Source: Mycobacteriales bacterium (GTDB lineage: Bacteria > Actinomycetota > Actinomycetes > Mycobacteriales > QHCE01). Taken from it: a stretch of DNA of 53,420 nucleotides. A program made the translations under genes and the position numbers. Within the stretch, counting starts at the first letter, position 1, and every line of letters begins with the position of its first letter. The notes below the pieces were generated by a model, which had not been told where the DNA came from, made no database searches, and was given only the letters and a program-made list of their open reading frames with translations. Positions 8,614-19,374 of the stretch are shown piece by piece. The stretch lies in the NCBI GenBank assembly GCA_036268755.1, contig DATATO010000122.1, forward strand, positions 1 through 53,420, read 5' to 3'.

Positions 8614-11322
8614 GTGACCCACTCTCCATTGCAACGCCTGTTGATTCTCGACGGACACTCACTGGCCTACCGTGCCTACTTCGCGCTCCCGGTCGAGAAC
8701 TTCTCCACCACCACCGGTCAGCCCACCAATGCGGTGTATGGCTTCACGTCGATGCTGATCAACGTCGTTCGCGACGAGAAGCCCACCCACATAGCGGTGG
8801 CGTTCGATGTCTCCCGCCACTCGTTCCGGACCGAGCAATATGCGGAGTACAAGGCGGGCAGGGCCGTCACGCCGGACGATTTCCGGGGGCAGGTAGATCT
8901 GATCCGCGAGGTGCTGGGCGTGCTCGGCATTCCCGCCATTGCGGTGGAGGGCTACGAGGCCGACGACATCATCGCCACGCTCGCGGCCGGCGCGGCACGC
9001 CAGGAGCTGCCGGCCCTGATCTGCACGGGAGACCGAGACGCGTTCCAGCTCGTCAACGACGAGTGCACGGTGTTGTATCCCCGCAAGGGGGTCTCCGACC
9101 TTGCCCGCATGACTCCGCCTGAGGTCGAGACCAAATACGGCGTCCCGCCCACCCGTTATCGGGATCTCGCCGCGCTGGTGGGGGAGTCCAGCGACAACCT
9201 TCCCGGCGTCCCCGGGGTTGGGCCCAAGACTGCCGCAAAGTGGCTGACCAGCTTCGGCTCGTTGGACGAGTTGGTCGCGCGGGTTGACGAGGTCCGCGGC
9301 AAGGCGGGTGAGTCACTGCGGGAGCACCTGTCGGGCGTGCTGCGTAACTATGAGCTCAACCGGCTCATCGACGACATGGCGCTGCCCGTCACCGTCGACG
9401 ACCTCACCTGGCATGGCGCTGACCGACAGGCGATGCATCTGCTGTTCGACACACTGCAGTTTAAAGTCCTGCGGGAGCGCATTCAGATCGCGTGGCCGGG
9501 CATGAAGCCGGCCGACGGCGAGCACCGGGAGCCCACCGAGGCCTCGGTGCTGCCGCCGGTTGTCAATACGGTAGCCAAACCGGGCGAATTGGCGGAGTGG
9601 CTGCGCAAGCATGCGGCGCCGGCGGCCCAGGTCGGCGTCGTGTTGGCCGAGGGGCCGTCCGGCAAACCTTCGCTGGAACGGGGGCTTTCGATCGGGGTCG
9701 CCTCGGGGCAGGCCGCCTGGTGCGATCCAGTCGCGTTGGATGAAACCGACGAGGCCGCGCTTGCCGCGCTCTTATCGGACCTCGACACCCCCAAGGTGTG
9801 TCACGACGCCAAGAGTGCGATCGTGGAGTGCGCGCAGCGCGGGTGGCAGCTTCGAGGCCTCGCCGCCGATACCGCCATGCAGGCCTATGTTGTGCGGCCC
9901 GACCAGCGCACCTACGATTTGGCGGACCTGGTGGTGCGGTATCTCTACGCCGAGCTGCCGGACAGTGTTCCCGACGACGGCCAGCTCAGCCTGGACGTGG
10001 TCGACTCCACCGCCAGCGCGGATGCGCTCTCCACCCGCGCGGTGGCCGTCGTGAAGCTGGCGGAGGTGCTCGCCCAGCAGGTCACCCAGGTGGGCGCCGA
10101 TCGCCTGATCGCTGAGGTGGAGCTGCCGCTGGTCGCGCTGTTGGCCAAAATGGAACGTGCCGGAATCTCGGCCGATCAGCCGCACCTGGAGCGGTTACGC
10201 AGTCAGTTCGCCGCCGAGGTTCATACGACGGTGGAGCAGGCCCATAAGGAGGTGGGGCGCGAGTTCAACCTGGGCTCGCCCAAGCAGCTGCAGGCCATCC
10301 TCTTCGACGAGCTGGGCCTGCCCAAGACCAAGCGCATCAAGACCGGTTACACCACCGATGCGGACGCGCTGGCGGGTCTCTACGCCCAGACCGGCAATCC
10401 GCTGCTGGCTCAGTTGCTGCGTCACCGGGACGTGATGAAGCTGAAGACCACGGTGGACGGCCTGCTGAAGACCATCGCCGACGACGGCCGAATCCACACC
10501 ACCTTCAACCAGTTCGGGGCCGCCACCGGCCGACTATCCTCGACCGAGCCCAATCTGCAGAACATCCCGATCCGCACCGAGGAGGGTCGGCAGATCCGGC
10601 ATGCCTTCACCATCGGGGGCGGGTTCGAGTCGCTGCTCACTGCCGATTACAGCCAGATCGAGATGCGAATCATGGCGCACCTGTCCGACGATGCCGGGCT
10701 GATCGACGCCTTCCACGCGGGGGAGGACCTGCACACGACGGTCGCCTCGCGGGTGTTCAACGTCGCGATGAACGCGGTGGAGCCGGAGATGCGCCGCCGG
10801 ATCAAGGCCATGTCCTATGGGCTCGCATACGGTCTGTCGGCGTTCGGCCTTTCGCAGCAGCTGGGTATCAGCGTGGAGGAGGCCCGCGCGTTGGGCGAGG
10901 AGTACTTCCTGCGGTTCGGCGGGGTGCGGGATTACCTGCAGGGCGTGGTGGAGCAGGCGCGTAAGGACGGCTATACCTCCACCCTCATGGGGCGCCGGCG
11001 TTACCTGCCGGACTTGGTCAGTGACAACCGGCAGCGCCGGGAGATGGCCGAGCGCATGGCGTTGAACGCGCCGATTCAGGGCTCGGCGGCTGATGTCATG
11101 AAGGTGGCGATGCTCGCGACCGACGCGGCTATCGAGTCCGCAGGCCTTCGCTCGCGGCTGCTGCTGCAGGTGCACGACGAGCTCATCTTCGAGGTCGCTC
11201 CCGGCGAGGCCGCGCAGGTCGAGGAGCTTGCCCGCGAGCACATGGCCGGTGCGGCGGAGCTGAAGGTCCCACTCGAGGTCTCGGTAGGGATCGGCCCGGA
11301 CTGGGACGCCGCCGGGCATTAG
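8614..11322 (+). CDS. polA: DNA polymerase I
   Basis: 5' nuclease N-terminus (LLILDGHSLAYRAYFAL) and polymerase motifs DYSQIEMRIMAHLS and QVHDELIFE. Confidence 0.95.
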   Translation: MTHSPLQRLLILDGHSLAYRAYFALPVENFSTTTGQPTNAVYGFTSMLINVVRDEKPTHIAVAFDVSRHSFRTEQYAEYKAGRAVTPDDFRGQVDLIREVLGVLGIPAIAVEGYEADDIIATLAAGAARQELPALICTGDRDAFQLVNDECTVLYPRKGVSDLARMTPPEVETKYGVPPTRYRDLAALVGESSDNLPGVPGVGPKTAAKWLTSFGSLDELVARVDEVRGKAGESLREHLSGVLRNYELNRLIDDMALPVTVDDLTWHGADRQAMHLLFDTLQFKVLRERIQIAWPGMKPADGEHREPTEASVLPPVVNTVAKPGELAEWLRKHAAPAAQVGVVLAEGPSGKPSLERGLSIGVASGQAAWCDPVALDETDEAALAALLSDLDTPKVCHDAKSAIVECAQRGWQLRGLAADTAMQAYVVRPDQRTYDLADLVVRYLYAELPDSVPDDGQLSLDVVDSTASADALSTRAVAVVKLAEVLAQQVTQVGADRLIAEVELPLVALLAKMERAGISADQPHLERLRSQFAAEVHTTVEQAHKEVGREFNLGSPKQLQAILFDELGLPKTKRIKTGYTTDADALAGLYAQTGNPLLAQLLRHRDVMKLKTTVDGLLKTIADDGRIHTTFNQFGAATGRLSSTEPNLQNIPIRTEEGRQIRHAFTIGGGFESLLTADYSQIEMRIMAHLSDDAGLIDAFHAGEDLHTTVASRVFNVAMNAVEPEMRRRIKAMSYGLAYGLSAFGLSQQLGISVEEARALGEEYFLRFGGVRDYLQGVVEQARKDGYTSTLMGRRRYLPDLVSDNRQRREMAERMALNAPIQGSAADVMKVAMLATDAAIESAGLRSRLLLQVHDELIFEVAPGEAAQVEELAREHMAGAAELKVPLEVSVGIGPDWDAAGH

Positions 11323-11333
11323 GGAGGTAGGTC

Positions 11334-12026
11334 GTGACGCAGTCCGGCGGCGAAGAGAAGGAACTTGCCGCGCGTTGTCGAGAAATCTGGTTCGACCTGG
11401 TTGAGCTGCGGCAACTCTGGCAAACAGAGGGATGGAAACCTCGAATGCATATGAGCTCCGAACGGGCTAAGCCGCTGCTGCTAAATATGGTGGACGCCAC
11501 GCCCGGCCCCCAGGAGCCCCCACGTGCCTTCATCAAGATGGCCAACACGCTGGTGTTGGCAGACTCGCTATCGCACGTGCACTGCCATTTTGGGGGTAAC
11601 GAAATAACGCCGGCGGGGGCGGTGGAGCTGCTTCGTCGGGCCAGTGTGAACGAAAGTGCCGGCATGGTGTCGATTTACCCGGCCGACCTACCCGGACCGA
11701 AATTTGGCCTAATGATCGGCCTTATCGGACTGCGCCTTCAACTCCCGTCGAAGACAGCGATCTCGGTTAGCAGCGACAAAGCGTTGAGACCAGATTTAAC
11801 GGCCGTGCTGCCGTTGGTGAACAAGTATTGCCAGGAGTTTGGTTTGTCGAGCCTCACCCAAACCGAGCTACCAGCAGCGATACTGAGCCAACGGATTTCC
11901 CCACCTCGGACCGCGCCAGGCCGCGGGACACGGCTCGCAATGCCAGGCGATACCGATTCGAATAACCCGCTGGGGTGGCCAGCCAATTACCCAGGTGAGC
12001 ATGGACGGGGCCGTCACCGACCTTAA
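11334..12026 (+). CDS. hypothetical protein, orphan, translationally close-coupled to polA
   Basis: GTG start 7 nt after GGGAGG and 11 nt after the polA stop. A strong hairpin terminator follows. Codon third positions look less G+C-rich. I recognise no family. Confidence 0.5.
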   Translation: MTQSGGEEKELAARCREIWFDLVELRQLWQTEGWKPRMHMSSERAKPLLLNMVDATPGPQEPPRAFIKMANTLVLADSLSHVHCHFGGNEITPAGAVELLRRASVNESAGMVSIYPADLPGPKFGLMIGLIGLRLQLPSKTAISVSSDKALRPDLTAVLPLVNKYCQEFGLSSLTQTELPAAILSQRISPPRTAPGRGTRLAMPGDTDSNNPLGWPANYPGEHGRGRHRP

Positions 12027-12067
12027 GATTCCTTAGCTTTTGCCCAGTAAGGCTTTACCGGGTGATG

Positions 12068-12098
12068 GGTGAGGCACGGGCACTGCCCGTGCCTCACC
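12068..12098. terminator. perfect 14-bp stem hairpin between convergent genes
   Basis: GGTGAGGCACGGGC-ACT-GCCCGTGCCTCACC, followed by TTTG on the plus strand. Confidence 0.7.
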
Positions 12099-12113
12099 TT
12101 TGCGTACGGGTAA

Positions 12114-12629
12114 TTACTTAGCTTCGGTCAGCTTGGCCAGCGTGGTCTTGGCCCGCTCTGCGTAGCCGGCAGCTACGGTCACGTCATAGATGCGGGCGGC
12201 GATCTCGCTGCGCGAGGCAAAGTCGCGCTTGCCGCGGGTGAGCGCGTGGTTGATCGCGTAGTACAGGGCGCCGCCCACGGCCCCGACCAGGATTGCCACG
12301 CCCAGCACCCCGGTGTCGCCGTCGTTGGCGATGGCGAGGATCAGGCCGAGCAGCAGGCCGAACCAGATGCCGGCCACGCCCCCGGTGAGGGCGGCACGAA
12401 ACACCGTCACCCGCCCCGTTACCCGCTCCACGAGATGCAGGTCGGATCCCACGATCGCGCTGTGCTGCACGGGGAAGCCCTCATCGGAGAGGAAGTCAAC
12501 CGCTTTCTGGGCCGCCGCGTAGTTGTCGTAGCTGCCGATTGTCACCGCGGAGGCTTCGGAGCCCACGGGCGAGGTCTCTGCGGTCGGCGAACTCGGAGAT
12601 TCAGGAGAAGTAGTCATGCCGGACAGCAT
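12114..12629 (-). CDS. membrane protein with an N-terminal soluble domain (general-stress 17M-like) and a Gly-rich two-helix anchor
   Basis: YDNYAAAQKAVDFLSDEGFPV, then hydrophobic segments GGVAGIWFGLLLGLILAI and GVLGVAILVGAVGGALYY. Confidence 0.55.
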   Translation of the reverse strand: MLSGMTTSPESPSSPTAETSPVGSEASAVTIGSYDNYAAAQKAVDFLSDEGFPVQHSAIVGSDLHLVERVTGRVTVFRAALTGGVAGIWFGLLLGLILAIANDGDTGVLGVAILVGAVGGALYYAINHALTRGKRDFASRSEIAARIYDVTVAAGYAERAKTTLAKLTEAK

Positions 12630-12984
12630 TCCATGTTCGGGGTCGAGCTGGAAGGATTTCAGCGGTGTGGTCGTCGCGATACCGCCAACCGTGAGCAGCG
12701 CTAATGCTGGTGAACGGTGTCTAGCTTAGACCCGGGTTGCGCGGGCGTGGAAAATACCCGGTTGGACCACTTCCGTTCAGACACGGTAGGGTGGTAGGAG
12801 CGTAGCGGGTGGTTGTGCCTCGGCAAGGAGTAGGCCCGCCTTCGTCATCGATTCTTCGATCGTGCCAGGCGCTCTGCGGCTGGTGTGGCAGCAGCCGGAA
12901 TATGTCATGTGCTCGGCCGTGCGGCGAGATCCGCGACGCGATCTCACCCAACAATTCCATGTCCCGTTCGGAGCAATTTCCCAT

Positions 12985-14505
12985 ATGACGAGCACAACCG
13001 ACGCCTCGGTTCTCCCCGACTCGCAGACGGCCACCCCACCGCCGTCCGGGCCCAAGCAAGTAGCGATTAACGACATCGGTACCGCCGAAGATTTTCTCGC
13101 CGCGATCGATAAGACCATCAAGTACTTCAACGACGGCGACATCGTCGAGGGAACCATCGTCAAGGTGGACCGCGACGAGGTGTTGCTCGATATCGGTTAC
13201 AAGACCGAGGGCGTTATCCCTTCTCGCGAACTGTCCATCAAGCACGATGTCGATCCTTCCGACGTTGTCAAGGTCGGCGATGACGTCGAGGCTCTGGTCC
13301 TGCAGAAAGAGGACAAAGAGGGTCGGCTGATCCTGTCCAAGAAGCGAGCTCAGTACGAGCGCGCCTGGGGCACCATCGAGAAGCTCAAGGAAGAAGACGG
13401 CGTCGTGGTCGGCTCCGTCATCGAGGTCGTCAAGGGCGGGCTCATTCTGGACATCGGTCTACGCGGCTTCCTCCCGGCGTCGCTGGTCGAGATGCGCCGT
13501 GTCCGCGACCTCCAGCCTTATGTGGGACGTGAGCTCGAGGCCAAGATCATCGAGCTGGACAAGAACCGCAACAATGTGGTCCTGTCCCGCCGGCAATGGT
13601 TGGAGCAGACTCAGTCCGAGGTTCGCAGCGAGTTTCTGCACAAGCTCGCCAAGAGCCAGGTCCGTAAGGGTGTCGTCTCCAGCATCGTCAACTTCGGTGC
13701 ATTCGTCGACCTCGGCGGCGTCGACGGTCTGGTACACGTCTCCGAGCTGTCCTGGAAGCACATCGACCACCCCTCCGAGGTTGTCGAGGTCGGCCAGGAG
13801 GTCGAGGTCGAGGTGCTCGACGTGGACCTGGACCGCGAGCGGGTTTCGCTGTCGCTGAAGGCCACGCAGGAAGACCCATGGCGCCAGTTCGCCCGGGTTC
13901 ACCAGATCGGTCACATCGTGCCCGGCAAGGTCACCAAGCTGGTTCCGTTCGGTGTGTTCGTGCGGGTCGGTGAGGGCATCGAGGGTTTGGTACACATCTC
14001 CGAGCTCGCCGGTCGCCACGTGGAGATCCCCGAGCAGGTCGTACAGGTCGGCGACGACGTCATGGTCAAGGTCATCGACATCGACCTGGAGCGTCGCCGC
14101 ATCTCGCTGTCGCTCAAGCAGGCCAACGAGGGCGGCGAGACCGACGAGGTGAACTTCGACCCGTCGGCCTATGGCATGGATGCCCAGTACGACGAGTCGG
14201 GCAACTACATCTACCCCGAGGGCTTCGATCCGGAGACGGGCGACTGGCAGGAGGGCTACGACTCGCAGCGTGAAGAGTGGGAGCGTCAGTACGCTCAGGC
14301 TCAGGAGCGCTACGAGGCCCACAAGAAGCAGATCGAGCATGCCAAGGTGGCCGACGCCGAGGCCGCGAAGACCGAGGGGGCCGACTCGTCTTACTCCTCC
14401 GCCTCCACCGCCGACGCGCCCGTAGAGCAGGAGAGTGCCGGAACCCTGGCCAGCGACGAGGCTTTGGCCGCGTTGCGCGAGAAGCTCGCCGGTGGACGCG
14501 ACTAG
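12985..14505 (+). CDS. rpsA: 30S ribosomal protein S1
   Basis: Repeated S1 domains (GDIVEGTIVKVD.., GVVSSIVNFGAFVDLGGVDGLVHVSEL.., GKVTKLVPFGVFVRV..). I set the start at the ATG at 12985 (MTSTTD); the ORF track extends upstream. Confidence 0.93.
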   Translation: MTSTTDASVLPDSQTATPPPSGPKQVAINDIGTAEDFLAAIDKTIKYFNDGDIVEGTIVKVDRDEVLLDIGYKTEGVIPSRELSIKHDVDPSDVVKVGDDVEALVLQKEDKEGRLILSKKRAQYERAWGTIEKLKEEDGVVVGSVIEVVKGGLILDIGLRGFLPASLVEMRRVRDLQPYVGRELEAKIIELDKNRNNVVLSRRQWLEQTQSEVRSEFLHKLAKSQVRKGVVSSIVNFGAFVDLGGVDGLVHVSELSWKHIDHPSEVVEVGQEVEVEVLDVDLDRERVSLSLKATQEDPWRQFARVHQIGHIVPGKVTKLVPFGVFVRVGEGIEGLVHISELAGRHVEIPEQVVQVGDDVMVKVIDIDLERRRISLSLKQANEGGETDEVNFDPSAYGMDAQYDESGNYIYPEGFDPETGDWQEGYDSQREEWERQYAQAQERYEAHKKQIEHAKVADAEAAKTEGADSSYSSASTADAPVEQESAGTLASDEALAALREKLAGGRD

Positions 14506-14529
14506 TCGCAGCTACCTAGCTTCAGGCGA

Positions 14530-14562
14530 CAGGGCCCCCGAACTGCCGGTTCGGGGGCCCTG
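14530..14562 (+). terminator. rpsA terminator hairpin
   Basis: CAGGGCCCCCGAAC-loop-GTTCGGGGGCCCTG, a perfect 14-bp stem 25 nt after the stop. Confidence 0.7.
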
Positions 14563-14756
14563 TGCTGTGCTAAAGATGCGGAATGGGGGAGTTTAAAAGG
14601 CGCAAGATTGAACGGCTACCCGCACGCGCCTGGCTCTGCCAAGCGAATCCCGGCTTCGTTCGGCGACTCCCGGCCGGTGAACGCGGTCGTTGCGGTGGCG
14701 GCGCCGCGACGGGACCGGGCGCCGGCGCTGAGTAAATCGCCACGTACGCTGTAGCT

Positions 14757-16208
14757 ATGTCCACGTCCTCACCCCGCGTCGCGCTGCTCACTTTGGGCTG
14801 CGCCCGCAACGAAGTCGATTCCGAAGAGCTCGCCGGACGGCTGGACACCGACGACTGGCAGCTCGTCGACGACGCCGACAACGCAGACGTGGTGGTGGTC
14901 AATACCTGCGGCTTTGTGGAACAGGCCAAGCAGGAGTCGATCGACACCCTGCTCGCCGCGGCGGACTCCGGCGCCAAGGTAGTGGCGGTCGGCTGCCTGG
15001 CCCAGCGATACGGCAAGGACCTGGCCGACTCGCTACCCGAGGCCGACGCCGTTCTCAGCTTCGACGACTACGCCGACATCTCACGGCGCCTGGAATCCGT
15101 GCTGGCCGGTGAGGTACATCCCGCCCACACCCCCGGCGACCGGCGCAAGCTGCTGCCGCTGAGCCCGGCGCAGCGGGACGCCAACGCGGTATCGTTGCCC
15201 GGCCACGGCGCGGCGCAGGCCTCTAGCCCGACAGACCTGCCCGCGGGGGTTGCTCCGGCGTCCGGGCCGCGGGTGCTGCGGCGCCGACTCGGTCAGGGAC
15301 CCTTCGCCCCGCTCAAGCTCGCCAGCGGCTGCGACCGCCGGTGCACCTTCTGCGCTATCCCGTCCTTCCGCGGCGCGTTCATCTCGCGCCCGGCCGCCGA
15401 CGTGCTCTCCGAGGCGGCCTGGCTGACCGATCAGCATGTGCGCGAGCTCGTGCTGGTCAGCGAGAACTCCACCTCCTACGGCAAAGACCTGGGCGACCCG
15501 CGGCTGCTTGAGCAGTTGCTCGGTGAGCTGGCTAAGGTGCCCGGTGCGCTCCGGTCGCGGGTCTCCTACCTGCAGCCGGCCGAGATGCGTCCCTCGCTGG
15601 TCAGCACCATCGCCACGACGCCCGGGATCGCCCCCTACTTCGATCTGTCGTTCCAGCACGCCAGCCCGACGGTGCTACGCCGGATGCGGCGGTTCGGCGG
15701 CACCGAGCCCTTCCTGGAGCTGCTCGGCAGTATCCGGAAACTCGCCCCCACGGCCGGCGCCCGGTCCAACTTCATTGTCGGCTTCCCCGGCGAGACCGAG
15801 GCCGACGTCGCCGAGCTGGAGCGCTTCCTTTCCGAGGCGCGGCTGGACGCGGTCGGCGTCTTCGCTTACTCCGACGAGGACGGCACGGAGGCCGCCGACT
15901 TCGACGACAAGATCCCGGCTGAGGAAGTCGCGGCGCGATACGACCGCGTAAGCCGGCTCGCCGAGGAACTCACCTCCGTCCGGGCGGAGGAACGCGTCGG
16001 GGAGACCGTCGAGGTCATCATCGACCAGGGTGAAGACGACGAGGTCGTGCAGGGTTACGCGGCGCATCAGGCGCCGGAAGTCGACGGAGCCACCATCATC
16101 GACGGCGGCCCCGATCTGGAGCCGGGCGATGTGATCACCGCGACGGTCGTCGACAGCTACGGCGTGGACCTGATCGCCAGGTACTCCCGCCATGTGCGCT
16201 CCAACTGA
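14757..16208 (+). CDS. rimO: ribosomal protein S12 methylthiotransferase
   Basis: N-terminal [11 protein letters not shown], radical-SAM motif [11 protein letters not shown] and a TRAM-like C-terminus. Confidence 0.85.
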   Translation: MSTSSPRVALLTLGCARNEVDSEELAGRLDTDDWQLVDDADNADVVVVNTCGFVEQAKQESIDTLLAAADSGAKVVAVGCLAQRYGKDLADSLPEADAVLSFDDYADISRRLESVLAGEVHPAHTPGDRRKLLPLSPAQRDANAVSLPGHGAAQASSPTDLPAGVAPASGPRVLRRRLGQGPFAPLKLASGCDRRCTFCAIPSFRGAFISRPAADVLSEAAWLTDQHVRELVLVSENSTSYGKDLGDPRLLEQLLGELAKVPGALRSRVSYLQPAEMRPSLVSTIATTPGIAPYFDLSFQHASPTVLRRMRRFGGTEPFLELLGSIRKLAPTAGARSNFIVGFPGETEADVAELERFLSEARLDAVGVFAYSDEDGTEAADFDDKIPAEEVAARYDRVSRLAEELTSVRAEERVGETVEVIIDQGEDDEVVQGYAAHQAPEVDGATIIDGGPDLEPGDVITATVVDSYGVDLIARYSRHVRSN

Positions 16209-16825
16209 TGACGGCCGGTGTCGGTGACGCCCTTGAGCCATCGCCCTGGAACCTCGCTAACGCCTTAACCGTGTTTCGGCTGGTCCTGGTGCCATGCTTT
16301 GCTGTCTTTTTGTGGCTGTCGGAGGGAAACGCGGCGAGCTGGCTCGTGGCCGCCGCCGGCGTATTCGTCGCCGGGATCGTTACCGACTATTACGACGGGG
16401 CGTTGGCGCGCTCCCGCGGCACCGTCACCTCCTTCGGAAAACTCGCCGATCCGATAGCCGATAAGGCGCTCACCGGCACCGCCCTGGTGGGGCTGTGCCT
16501 GCTCAACCTCCTGTCCTGGCCGGTCGCGGTGATTATCGTGATTCGCGAAGTCGGGGTCACGGCCTTGCGGTTTGTCGTGATTCGGCGCGGCATCATCGCC
16601 GCCAGCTGGGGCGGCAAGGCCAAAACCGCGTTGCAGATGCTCGCCATTGCGTGGTACCTGTGGCCGTGGCAGGCGATGGCATCCTGGCTGCACGACACCG
16701 TCGGTTTCGGGTCCAGCCTGCACGTGCTATCCGATATTGGTCCGCCCCTCATGGCGCTTGCCGTGGCGGTCACGGTGATCACTGGTCTGGACTATGTTCG
16801 CCAAGCGTGGAAGATGCGGCAATAG
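16208..16825 (+). CDS. pgsA: CDP-diacylglycerol--glycerol-3-phosphate 3-phosphatidyltransferase
   Basis: CDP-alcohol phosphatidyltransferase motif DYYDGALAR..GKLADPIADK. The start overlaps the rimO stop (TGATG). Confidence 0.85.
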   Translation: MTAGVGDALEPSPWNLANALTVFRLVLVPCFAVFLWLSEGNAASWLVAAAGVFVAGIVTDYYDGALARSRGTVTSFGKLADPIADKALTGTALVGLCLLNLLSWPVAVIIVIREVGVTALRFVVIRRGIIAASWGGKAKTALQMLAIAWYLWPWQAMASWLHDTVGFGSSLHVLSDIGPPLMALAVAVTVITGLDYVRQAWKMRQ

Positions 16826-16903
16826 GTATCGCATACCGCTCCTAATACCCTTGCCGTTAGGGTTCACGGGGTACGGTGGGGGTAGACGAAGGGAGTCGAA
16901 GCG

Positions 16904-17212
16904 ATGCTGCTGCGAGAGGTACTCGGTGCCACTTTGCGTGCTCGACGTCTAGACCAGCGCCGTACACTGCGTGAGATATCCGCGGCCTCGACAGTGAGCC
17001 TGGGGTATCTGTCGGAGATAGAACGAGGCCAGAAAGAAGCCTCCTCGGAGCTACTCGCCGCCGTCTGCGATGCACTCGACCTTCCTCTTGCCGACCTCTT
17101 GCGTGATATCAGCGATCAGCTCGACAGTCGCTCGCTCGCCACCGTCACGGCCATGCCCGCGTCTCGCATCGGCGCCGTGCGCGGCATGGCCCCCCGCGCC
17201 CATGCCGCCTAA
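16904..17212 (+). CDS. clgR: ClgR-like XRE-family transcriptional regulator
   Basis: [50 protein letters not shown]. Its position between pgsA and recA matches the layout in other actinobacteria. Confidence 0.65.
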   Translation: MLLREVLGATLRARRLDQRRTLREISAASTVSLGYLSEIERGQKEASSELLAAVCDALDLPLADLLRDISDQLDSRSLATVTAMPASRIGAVRGMAPRAHAA

Positions 17213-18209
17213 GGCGGTTTCTTCTAGGCGAGCGCGACGCGCGGCACCAGGAGCGAGGCAGGACAAAAAGCTCGCCGTGCCGCATGTCCCCGACTCCGCT
17301 CGGCCGGTTGGACATCGCATCGGCGCACACATCGCCTCCCATCGACATCGGTACATCTCCCGGCGGCTCCTCGTGGTTCTGGCCGTCATCGTCCTACTCG
17401 TTCCCGCCGGCGTGCTTGCAGCTCGTTCGCTGGCGATCTCGCTGCTGTCCGACGGCCCCGACAGCGAAAACAACCAATTTTCCGGCGCCGCCGCACACAA
17501 AAAGATCGCGAGCTCCGTCGTAGACGCCAATCCGTTCCAGGGCACGCCGGCCGACAAGTTCGCCTCCGGTGAGGCAGGGATTGTCGTGCCGGCGGTTAAG
17601 CAACAGGGCGGCTGGAGCGCCGACGCCGTCGCCGATGGGTTGAACAAAACCAAAGCCGCGCTCACATCGGCACGACTGGATAACGCCATGCTGTTCCAGG
17701 GGCAGACCCAGCCGTACCTCGACCAACTTTCCGAATCGAGCCGGGACTTCGTGGGCAAACAGCTGACAACCCCCAGTGCGCTCGCCTACGTCACCCGGCT
17801 GGCGCCGGGATACACACTGCGGGCCTCGGTGAGGGTGCGTGGCGCGATGAACGTCACCGTGGGAGATGCCGGTCAGCTCGTCGTGTCCGCCAACTACGTC
17901 TGGGTGTATCCGCTGCGCGCGCCGAATGCCACAAAGGTATTCGGGCTGGCGGGATCTCAGCTCGTAGTGCTGCACACGGTAGAACGATACGAGTTCTACC
18001 CGGAGAAGGGCTATGCGGCCCAAAACCGGGGGTTGCGTCCCGGTGACGGTGAGCAGCGCGCATACAATGCCGACTGCAGTATTGCAACCGATGGCAAGCT
18101 GGCTCTACCGCCGAATCGCAATCGAAAGCCCGATGCGCCCGTCAAGTTGGCATACGATCGCAACGCCTCGAAAAACGCCGCGCCGGGCGGCTGTGGTAAA
18201 CGGGAGTAA
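17202..18209 (+). CDS. single-pass membrane protein, function unknown
   Basis: Basic N-terminus, one TM helix ([19 protein letters not shown]) and a large extracytoplasmic domain. The start is uncertain. Confidence 0.45.
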   Translation: MPPKAVSSRRARRAAPGARQDKKLAVPHVPDSARPVGHRIGAHIASHRHRYISRRLLVVLAVIVLLVPAGVLAARSLAISLLSDGPDSENNQFSGAAAHKKIASSVVDANPFQGTPADKFASGEAGIVVPAVKQQGGWSADAVADGLNKTKAALTSARLDNAMLFQGQTQPYLDQLSESSRDFVGKQLTTPSALAYVTRLAPGYTLRASVRVRGAMNVTVGDAGQLVVSANYVWVYPLRAPNATKVFGLAGSQLVVLHTVERYEFYPEKGYAAQNRGLRPGDGEQRAYNADCSIATDGKLALPPNRNRKPDAPVKLAYDRNASKNAAPGGCGKRE

Positions 18210-18211
18210 AC

Positions 18212-19168
18212 GTGTTCCGCGGCCGAACGATGCCCAGGGTTCTCGGTGTGGTCGCGTTGGCGCTCGGCATGATGATGTCACTGACTGGCTGCTTCCGCTA
18301 TCACGTAGAAGCCGAGATCCATCGCGACGACACCATAAGCGGTTCGTTCGTGCTCGCGTTCGAGACTTCCTTCATCAGTGCCGTCTATGGCGACGAGGGA
18401 CGCTTTCTCACAGACATCAAGCAGCAGTTCGCGAAGGCTAAAAAGCCCAGTGACTCGGGCTTGCTGATTCCCCCGCGACCCCGGGGAGGAAGGTCCAAAC
18501 TCAACGTCTATCGCGCCAAGGGGCTGCTGGGTTACAAACAGACTTTCAGCAACATCCCGTTCTCCGAACTCGAGCAGCAGTTCTTTCGGATCCGCCATGT
18601 GAATAAGCGGTTCATCGTGGACATTAACGCCGCGGTGCTCGATTCGGGAGTCCTGGAGCGGGCAATCACCGAGCAGGCCCAGCAGGCGACCGCTCAGCTC
18701 GGCAGTCAGCCGACCGGTGATCAACCGGACGGCGACGCGGCCAACAAGGAGTTCGAGGACAAACTGCGGCAGCAGGGTATCGATCCCGACACGGCATTCG
18801 ATCCCGATAACCTCGACGTTCGGATACGGCTCAGCTTTCCCGGTGGCATCATTTCCTCCGACGGCGACTCTCACGGCCGATCCACGCAGTGGCAACTCAA
18901 GCTGGACAGTGGCCGGAGCCTCCACGCTTCGGCGTGGGACGCCCCGAGGCATAAGTCCTGGTTGCTAGAGATTTTCTTTGGACTGTGTGCCGTCGGACTA
19001 GCCGCCATGGTATTCCAGTTCCTCAGATATCTGGTGCGCAAGCGGGGCTCTCACGTGAAACTCGCGCCGGAACCGGAACATCATTCCCTGGGCTTCGCCG
19101 GTCTTCCCACCCTCGGTGGTGACGTCGAGGACGCGCCCAGCCAGCCGGAGGACCCCCCTTCGTCGTAA
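18212..19168 (+). CDS. LppM-like lipoprotein with a C-terminal TM anchor
   Basis: Lipobox MSLTGC followed by FRYHVEAEIHRDDTISGSF. C-terminal helix LLEIFFGLCAVGLAAMVF. GGGAG lies 6 nt before the GTG. Confidence 0.5.
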   Translation: MFRGRTMPRVLGVVALALGMMMSLTGCFRYHVEAEIHRDDTISGSFVLAFETSFISAVYGDEGRFLTDIKQQFAKAKKPSDSGLLIPPRPRGGRSKLNVYRAKGLLGYKQTFSNIPFSELEQQFFRIRHVNKRFIVDINAAVLDSGVLERAITEQAQQATAQLGSQPTGDQPDGDAANKEFEDKLRQQGIDPDTAFDPDNLDVRIRLSFPGGIISSDGDSHGRSTQWQLKLDSGRSLHASAWDAPRHKSWLLEIFFGLCAVGLAAMVFQFLRYLVRKRGSHVKLAPEPEHHSLGFAGLPTLGGDVEDAPSQPEDPPSS

Positions 19169-19197
19169 CAGTCAATCGAACCGGCGTGGTGCAATCA

Positions 19198-19213
19198 TCG
19201 AACTGGCGTTCGA
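19198..19213. promoter_or_regulatory. LexA SOS box upstream of recA
   Basis: TCGAAC-TGGC-GTTCGA, a perfect match to the actinobacterial GAAC-N4-GTTC palindrome, about 160 nt before the recA ATG. Confidence 0.8.
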
Positions 19214-19374
19214 CTATAGTGTGGCCGGTGTGTTCGCGACGGGTATCCAGATGAGGCTTCATTGTGCACAGCGCCGTTGCAGCTGGCCCGTATGTCACAC
19301 CCACGGGCTAGCGTCATCCGGGATAGCTCAACAACTATCCTCCATAACACCTGCGACGTATGAAGGCGGCAATC

